A stretch of DNA of 64,000 nucleotides from Trichosphaerium sp. ATCC 40318. Lineage: Eukaryota; Protista; Tubulinea. The stretch lies in contig JALMLS010000210.1 in the NCBI GenBank assembly GCA_038496445.1, forward strand, positions 62,001 through 126,000. The letters are read 5' to 3'. Position numbers and translations under genes: made by a program. Positions 56,574-64,000 of this stretch are shown here, one piece after another (the stretch's first letter is position 1; every line of letters starts with the position of its first letter). Under the pieces are notes generated by a model, which was not told the DNA's origin, did not search any database, and was given only the letters and a program-made list of their open reading frames with translations.

Positions 56574-57072
56574 GTGTTGGAGTGCACTTGATTAAAAAAA
56601 AATGGCTAGATTAAGCGAGACTGAACAAAAAAAGAAGTTGGAGATTTTGGAAGTTTGTAGGAAATTCAGCTCAACCCAACTACCCTTAAGCCTTCAAGGT
56701 AAGACCTGCACCTAAGAATGCGTGGGTTAATGCCAACTGAAAAATACCACCTTCTAGTGAGTAGCTACAACGTAAAATTGAGTTAATCGGCCAGTTTTTT
56801 TTTTCTTTAAGCCAGCTTTGGTCAAGACTCACACCTGAAATCGAAGTAAAAGCGCTAGTCATGAACAAACCTTTCAATACAAGACATTTAGACGTCGTGT
56901 AGTTGTGTAAACTTATAATCCGCAAACTTATCAAGTTTAGCTTGATTTAAGTGAACAGTTTGTACACGCGTTCACAGTAATTTCACTTTACCCTTGAACG
57001 GTTTACCACAACTGCAGTCGGTTAAAATTTACGCGAAAAAACTCGTAGAATACGCATCAATTTGTTATTAAA

Positions 57073-58122
57073 ATGGCACGTGTTGTATGAAAAAAAATAC
57101 TAAGCAAATTCTAGGATAAGGAACCAGGTTTATTAAAATTACCAGTAGAGCTTCATCTTGATATTTCAGACTTAGACACTGAAGTTTACAAAAAGTTACC
57201 ACTCTTGTGTAAACAAACCTCTCTCGTACGTTATGATGCGAGTCTATTGAAACATGGTCTGTGGGTTGCGACATTACAGGAGGTAGTGATTAAAAGCCAA
57301 CACTGGGATCATGGTAAACGGGAAGATCAATACAAGAGGTGGAACGAGAATGGAGAATTGCGGAAACAGATCAATTACGTTAATGGCAAAAAGCAAGGAG
57401 AATGGAAGAAGTGGCATGAAAACAACCAATTGCGGGAACAGCGCAGTTATGTTGATGGCCGAAGGCAAGGAGAATGCAAGAGGTGGCATAAGAATGGGCA
57501 ATTGTTCGAACAGTTCAACTACATTGATGGTAAGCGACAGGGAGTATACAAGAAATGGCAAGACAATGGGCATTTGGAGAAGCAGTGCCACTACACCGAT
57601 GGTAAAAAGCATGGAGAATGTAAGACGTGGTATGATGGCAAATTGAGGAAACAATGTAGGTATGTTGATGGCAAAAAGCAAGGAGAATGGAAGAAGTGGT
57701 TTGAAGACAAATTATGGATACACGACAATTATGTCAATGGTAAAATGCATGGCGTATGCAAAAGATGGTTTAGTAATGGCCAATTGAAGCAACAATATAA
57801 TTACGTAAACGGTGAAAGACACGGTGAATACAAGGAATGGCTTGAGGATGGTAAATTGGAAGAAAAAGGCAATTATGTTAATGACAAATGGCATGGTAAA
57901 CGCACAAAATGGAATAAGTACGGCAAATTATTAGTACGTTGCAATTACCAAAAGGGCAAATTACATGGGCAATACCAGTTTTATAACAACGGTTCATTAG
58001 TAGAAAAGCACAATTATTTTGAAGGTAATATGCATGGGATATGCAAGAAATATACTTTGAACATGTGGGAATCGACGCAGTGCAAGTTCATTCATGGTAA
58101 ACAGCAAGGAGAATGGGAGTAG
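57073..58122 (+). CDS. F-box + MORN-variant repeat protein
   Basis: Frame extends upstream of the called ORF to the acceptor at 57114: DKEPGLLKLPVELHLDISDLDTEVYKKLPLLCK (F-box-like), then about 11 MORN_2 repeats. ATG at 57073. Confidence 0.8.
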
Positions 58123-58815
58123 CTGAAATAGCAGGATGAAATTAACAGCGAAACATGACGCACTTTTCGTCTATTTTCTGAGAATTGTTGCTCAATTTTT
58201 TATTGTTGTGTGCATTCCTTTAATAAACAACATGTAGTCATATAATTGTGCGCGAAAACTCAAAGAGACTACTAACTACAAATGTCTATTTCACGTGATC
58301 TTGATAATTTTGGACACCTGTTTGTAAAGCTATTTAAACAATGAATAGATGTGCAAGGCCTATGCTAACCTCAATGTTCTGATACCACTCTGTATTCTAC
58401 AGTTTACCATAACAAATACATCCATTTTCCACCATTGTAAACATTCGCCAGTGGTCTGTTTTTATGTTTTGTACACAAACATCCTCGTATGAAGCTGCAG
58501 CTAATAATATCACCAACTGCTTTTCACAATTCATTGATCACTATTGTTTATTCATTAACAAAAAACGATAATCTTGTGCCTACATTGCATGATAAACTTT
58601 GTTCGTACAATTGTACTTCTACTATATTTTCGTGGTGTTCCGTGTAGATTGCTTTTAAGTTTTTAAGTAGTTCCTGTCATACTTCCACTCACGTTTCTCC
58701 GGTAATTTCTCCTGTTTGGCTTCTCTCACGTAATGGAGAGTTGATGCGCCTCGATTGCAGTTTTGTCTGCCTTAGCAATTTCGGACATTTTAAGCGACGA
58801 AAACACTTGTAAGCA

Positions 58816-61800
58816 ATGCAAGAGCCAAATGCCTTGTTTGGCCTACTACAAAGATTAAATCCAATAGAACAAGCAGGTTCTGGAGATCAAGTGAGACAAA
58901 TAGTACAACAAATACAACGAGATGGACAAATACTTGATCTAAGCGCTAAAGACGCCGTAAGTATTATAAGAACACCACGTGACAAGTCACGTTTTTAGAA
59001 ACGATAAAAATCAAGAAACTTTGTTTAGTTTTTTTTTTTGATTAAATTTCGTTTATTAGGAAGGAAACACAGTTCTACACATCGCTACGTTGAAGGTACG
59101 CAGCTTTATCGCTTTTTGGTGACAAAAGGATAAAATACACCATCTTTTACGCTATTTGAGAAATTCTGAAGCGTGTAACTATCGATGGAAGTACCGTATT
59201 GTTCTCACGTGAAATTTTTTTTGGACACCCATTTAAAGCGATATATTTGTTTTTGGCTTTTCTAACCGACATGAAAGGGTCACCCTGATATAATACAAGC
59301 TTTACTTACAGCTGGGCTAAGAAAGATATTCGTAACTCTGCTGGATTATCCGTTACGAAACTTGCGCTACAAGAATGTGAAGTTAACCAACGGCCCGAAA
59401 TGTGGTTTGTAGGTAAACACAAAAAAAGAACCTAAACAGAAAACTGCTGTGTCAAGCACGCTAGAGATTGTGTATACTTTTTCTTTTGTTGTACTCAACT
59501 AGCGCTAGTTGAAATGCTCATGGATGAGGAAAAGTACGGAGGTGCTAAGGAAGCAGCAGAAAGCGCATTCCAAGAGAGAATAGATAAAAGAAAATCAACA
59601 CTCGATAACTTTGTAATTGGATTTCTTGATTACATGGATCACTTGAATGCAGCGAATGAGATAAAGATAGCACTAGAACTAACGTAACAAATAATATATT
59701 TAAATTATACGGTACTCACTCTATATTTAGAACAAAAACAAAGCTTGTTACTTCTATCAAAGGATCGGTTGTGCAAATTTTATTTGGAGGATTTGATAAT
59801 GTTCGTTTTTTTTTCGTTGTTGCCTTGCTCTGTTCATTTCTCGTTCTATTGAAAACCATGCAGGTCATGTTATTAACAATACATAGGTTCTAACAAGTAC
59901 AAGAGCTATAGCAGATGCAATAAAAAATAGTGTTGAACACCAGACAATTAACGAAGATCTGGGGGTAAGAGCTTATTCTTTTTTTAATCAAAAAGTTTTT
60001 ATTTTTAAACTCACCTTTCTAGCATATATTTCTAAATAACGCAGACGCTTTTCGGGTTTATACATCATACGTAGTACATGGAAGAGATAGGCATAATCTT
60101 ATTAAAAAACATGAACGTGGAGACACCTCACTTTACAGATTTCTCCAAGCATGTCAACTTCTTCCACAATACAAAACATATAAACCAGCGTACGTACCTA
60201 TAGTCACTCACTCCATTTCATGGTTTTAATACTATAATACTCACATACATATTAGTCTGAGCGATTTTTTCAACAGACCTGGACGTAAGATACAACAGTT
60301 GCCGTTTGAACTTGTTCGTCTTTAAAACTAGTGATTTTTTTATCATCTAACGAATTGATCTCAGGACAATGTTCTTAACGACAGCGGTAGTATGTCTCAA
60401 AATAGTAAACAAGTATTACAAGACGCAATCACGCATCTCAAAGCGGTATGTTCAGCAGTTAACGGAAAGGTGGAAGAATACCAAAAACAAAAATTGGCGC
60501 AAGAACATCAACCAAGATTCTTCAAACACGTGCGTAATAACAGTTAGCTTGGTTAAACTATCAGAAATTGAGCATCTAACGTTCTATGCAGAAAGAGGAT
60601 AGACGTATTGGGCGTACAGTGGTAAAGTATGGTGCGAGCGAAGGCTTGTTTGGATAAAAACTAACGAGTTGAGGAATAGGGCGTCTGTTTTTACACAACA
60701 GAGATGATAGCAATCTTGTTATTACAGATGGCAACAGCACCATTGGTCGTCGCTTACGTGGCACAGCTGGCCGCTTCCAAGGTGCGTACAAGAATCAATT
60801 GAATGTGTATATCTTAATGAATGTAGAATGGGCACGTTCGACGTCCGTGATGAAGAAGAGAAGCCCAAAACGGGAGCTTAATCTCGTTGAGATGTGTTTG
60901 TACGACACTTAAATTGGTTTTTTAATTCTTTCCTGGTTGGTTACTAACACGTGTAATTTTGTTTCAGATTTAATGACGTTCTTGCACATAAATCCATTGC
61001 ACGTACTGGAACAGTGAATAAAAGATCAGTATACCGAGTTCGCCTTCTTGATATTAACAGTGTGAACATGACATCAATCAATATTCAAGGAAAGAATTGT
61101 ACGTCTCCCATGTTGCATATCTTTTACGTACTGTTCAACAAACTTATATATAACGGACATAAACTAAATATATCAGACACCTGAAGCACTATATATCTTT
61201 GTGCTTGCTAAAAGAGCTTCCCCTTTTGTTTGTGCTTCTTGCATTTTTCTGATTTTTTGTGTTTAGATTCAGCTTTTGAAGTACAAACAGATATCAGCAG
61301 TCCGTTTATATTCTATATCCCAGCTGCCAAAGAACGCGATGAATGGTTTGATGCTATTAGCTCGGCACAAACAAAGCTATTGGAAGTAAAAATAGCGAGA
61401 ATTTCACGAGCACCTAACGAAGTACATAAAAAAACATTAAAAAAAAAACCAAGATTAATCAAACAGCACTTTCTTCTTTAACCACCCTCACCTAAACTTA
61501 TTCGTTTCTTGTTATTAGACTCCAAATTTACGCAAGAGCAATTACACAGTAAACTCGCTACCTAAAGCATTATACTAACAGTTATACTAGAACAACACAC
61601 CAACACCCAGAAGAACACCATCCTCGACTTCTCTACAAGTTACTGGAGGAGGAGCTTGGCAACAAGAAGAAGATTATAGTCAAGGATCAACATCAGTTGT
61701 ACCTCAGGCTAAGAGACCTACACTTCGACCTGATATGTTCACTCCACAACCTACATCACGTCCTGGAACGCCTATACTAGATCGGAAATTCTCGATTTCA

Positions 61801-62159
61801 TTTGCAAAATCTCCTATTCCGCATTCTCCATCGCCAGCCTCAGGTGGTCCTCCTTCGTTCTCTGCGCCTAGAAAACCTCCTCCATTTACAGCTAGTAACC
61901 CTCCTAAACGTCCACCATCAAGCGCACCTCCAGGATCCCCAAGACCGCCACCTAGGTCGGCGCTTCCAAGGACAAAATCAGTGTATCCGTATGAAATGTT
62001 GTATGATTTCTTGTTTTAACTTTATCCCTTAGATCATCGAAGTCACCTCCGTTACCTCCACTACAACGTACAACATCTGCAGATCGTCAAGCAGATTTGG
62101 CTATTGCTATGGCTTCGAGAAATATAACATCATTTGTGTCTCAGTTGCCAAAACACTGA
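58816..62159 (+). CDS. Ankyrin + DH (RhoGEF)-like + PH + proline-rich protein
   Basis: EGNTVLHIA (ankyrin); helical DH-like region; LFNDVL..AFEV..FIF..ERDEWFDAI (PH); Pro-rich tail. Confidence 0.7.
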
Positions 62160-62571
62160 CAGTTTTTTTTACATTGAGAATATTCAGTTTTCTTTTTTTC
62201 TCTTGGTGTTATTTAATATTCACGTGTACGAATAAACATACTTATAATTTCTATATATGAATTTAATCACTGAAGATATGTTAAGGTTAGAAGAGCGTAA
62301 AGGTACTAGCAGTTGAAAAATTTGAATTCAAATTGAATTTTTGTACTAAAAAACCGTTTTCAAATTTTTGACATTTGAAGTTGTCTCAAGCAATGCTGGC
62401 TTTACGAAAATTAATACTATTCTTTTCATCGCATGTACTTATAGTCAGTAGTTTGTGTATATATTATTTTGTACTTTCTAATATTACGTAAACAAAGCCT
62501 CTTTGCATCCGAAAATAGGCGAGTTTTCTCCAAAACACCGATAAATATTCCCATTTCGGAACATTTTGACT

Positions 62572-64000
62572 ATGCGTACCACTTGTATTGCACTACTTTT
62601 AATTGCATTTTTTTGTGTCTGTAACGCACAATTATGTGGAAACCTACGCATAACTCAATACTACGAAGGCCCAAGCAATGATAAATATATAGAACTATAC
62701 AACGATAGCCCAACTTCTGCAATTCTTACAGGGCTTTCGATACGACTGTACGCCACCCTTGTTTATTTTAATTACTCTTAATTTCTTCTCTTTAATGCCA
62801 ATTAACTTATTATTGCATGTAGATACTCTAATGCGAACAGACAGGCGCGTCTTGCTCAAATTCTTTTGCAACTTGAACAAAAAAAAAAAAAAAAAAAAGA
62901 CTTTCAAAGTAGCGTCATGTATTGTTAACACGGTTTGTTTAGATCTGGAAGACTGCACCAATACCTAGTCCATCAGTACAGACGAATTTGGGCGGTTCAG
63001 TAGGAGGACAACGTACACATTTAAAAAAGATTGTTTTATTAATATCTAACGCGTAATAGTGGCTTATCTTATAGCTCATCCCTTAGCTGCTAACCCAGCA
63101 TATGTTGTAGCTGATCAATTGCGGAATATAGCTTTTAATGGTGAGTTTGGGTTTTTTTCATGAATACCTTTATTATTTTCTTACTTTGTACTACTATTTA
63201 AGGTGACGACTCTGTTATTCTCTATGATGAAGTAAACGACGTCATTTGTGATGCTATTTCAATTACTTTTTCTCCGGGTTACAGAGATACATCGTTTAGT
63301 CTTGATTCACTTGATGTCACGAATGGTGTTAATATTGATGACTTTGGAACTGGTTGGACAGAGGCAAGTGTAACAGAAGTCGCCAATGCGGATGTATTTG
63401 ATAACATACGCCTCGGTACGATATGATATTCGCTGTAGTTAGTTTTCTAATACCATGTTAGGTGTTTACAATCCACCTCCACCACCAACAACAGCTGCAC
63501 CAACTACTGAAGCGCCAACTACTGAAGCGCCAACGACAGAGGCTCCAACTACCGAAGCCCCTACTACTGAAGCTCCAACTACAGATGCTCCAACAACTGA
63601 GGCACCTACAACTGGTACTTGATAGATATTTTTACCTTTTTCCTCCTAACTGTGATAGATGCACCAACTACAGAAGCACCTACTACAGATGCGCCTACGA
63701 CGGAGGCTCCAACCACAGATGCGCCTACAACCGAAGCTCCAACGACAGAAGCACCGACTACAGAGGCTCCTACCACTGAAGCTCCGACAACTACAGCTCC
63801 AACTACAGAGGCTCCTACAACTGATGCGCCAACAACAGAAGCCCCAACGACTGATGCTCCAACAACAGAAGCACCAACTACTGAGGCACCAACAACTGAA
63901 GCTCCAACTACAGAGGCACCAACTACTGCTGCACCAACAACTGGTACTTGATCGATATAATTTTTACCTTTCTCCTCCTAACAGTGATAGATGCACCAAC
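62572..64000 (+). CDS. Secreted or surface protein: lamin-tail-domain (LTD) + mucin-like T(E/D)APT repeats; 3'-truncated by the window edge
   Basis: Signal peptide; ITQYYEGPSNDKYIELYN and FNGDDSVIL are LTD-like motifs; pentapeptide repeats. Confidence 0.75.
63490..64000 (+). repeat. 15-bp coding tandem repeat (T-E/D-A-P-T) with a duplicated intron
   Basis: ACN GAR GCN CCN ACN units; near-identical introns start at about 63614 and 63944. Confidence 0.9.

Noticed and set aside
63490-64000. Regular short repeats resembling a CRISPR array
   Set aside because: Coding 15-bp repeats with synonymous variation and no unique spacers.

Overview
AT-rich eukaryotic genomic DNA with many short GT-AG introns (about 40-100 nt, typical donors GTACGT/GTATGT/GTAAGT), probably an amoeboid protist (inference). 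The ORF track mostly shows exon fragments, so all gene models here were rebuilt by hand and exon boundaries are approximate. The left part (about 2.7-19.6 kb) is an accessory, F-box-rich region. It holds three tandem copies of a gene fusing an F-box to a full-length heterotrimeric G-alpha-like domain with degenerate GTPase motifs, an F-box-Ras fusion ending in a CAAX box, a BTB-like gene and a ~770-bp MITE. It also holds an apparently intact 4.74-kb PIF/Harbinger-type DNA transposon with four intron-containing genes in two divergent pairs. The remainder contains: a secreted glycoside-hydrolase-like gene of bacterial type, a SIRT6/7-like sirtuin with an N-terminal WH2/beta-thymosin-like motif and no zinc module, a DUF4140/DUF4139 protein with an embedded G76D ubiquitin, a structured U2-like candidate RNA, a CHD/Mi-2 remodeller, a pseudokinase, CH-SAM-LIM and Ank-DH-PH proteins, GHITM, alpha-N-acetylgalactosaminidase, MORN-repeat genes (one F-box-fused) and a lamin-tail-domain/mucin surface protein. 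CACGTG is strongly over-represented in host DNA. No rRNA, tRNA or CRISPR array was recognised.
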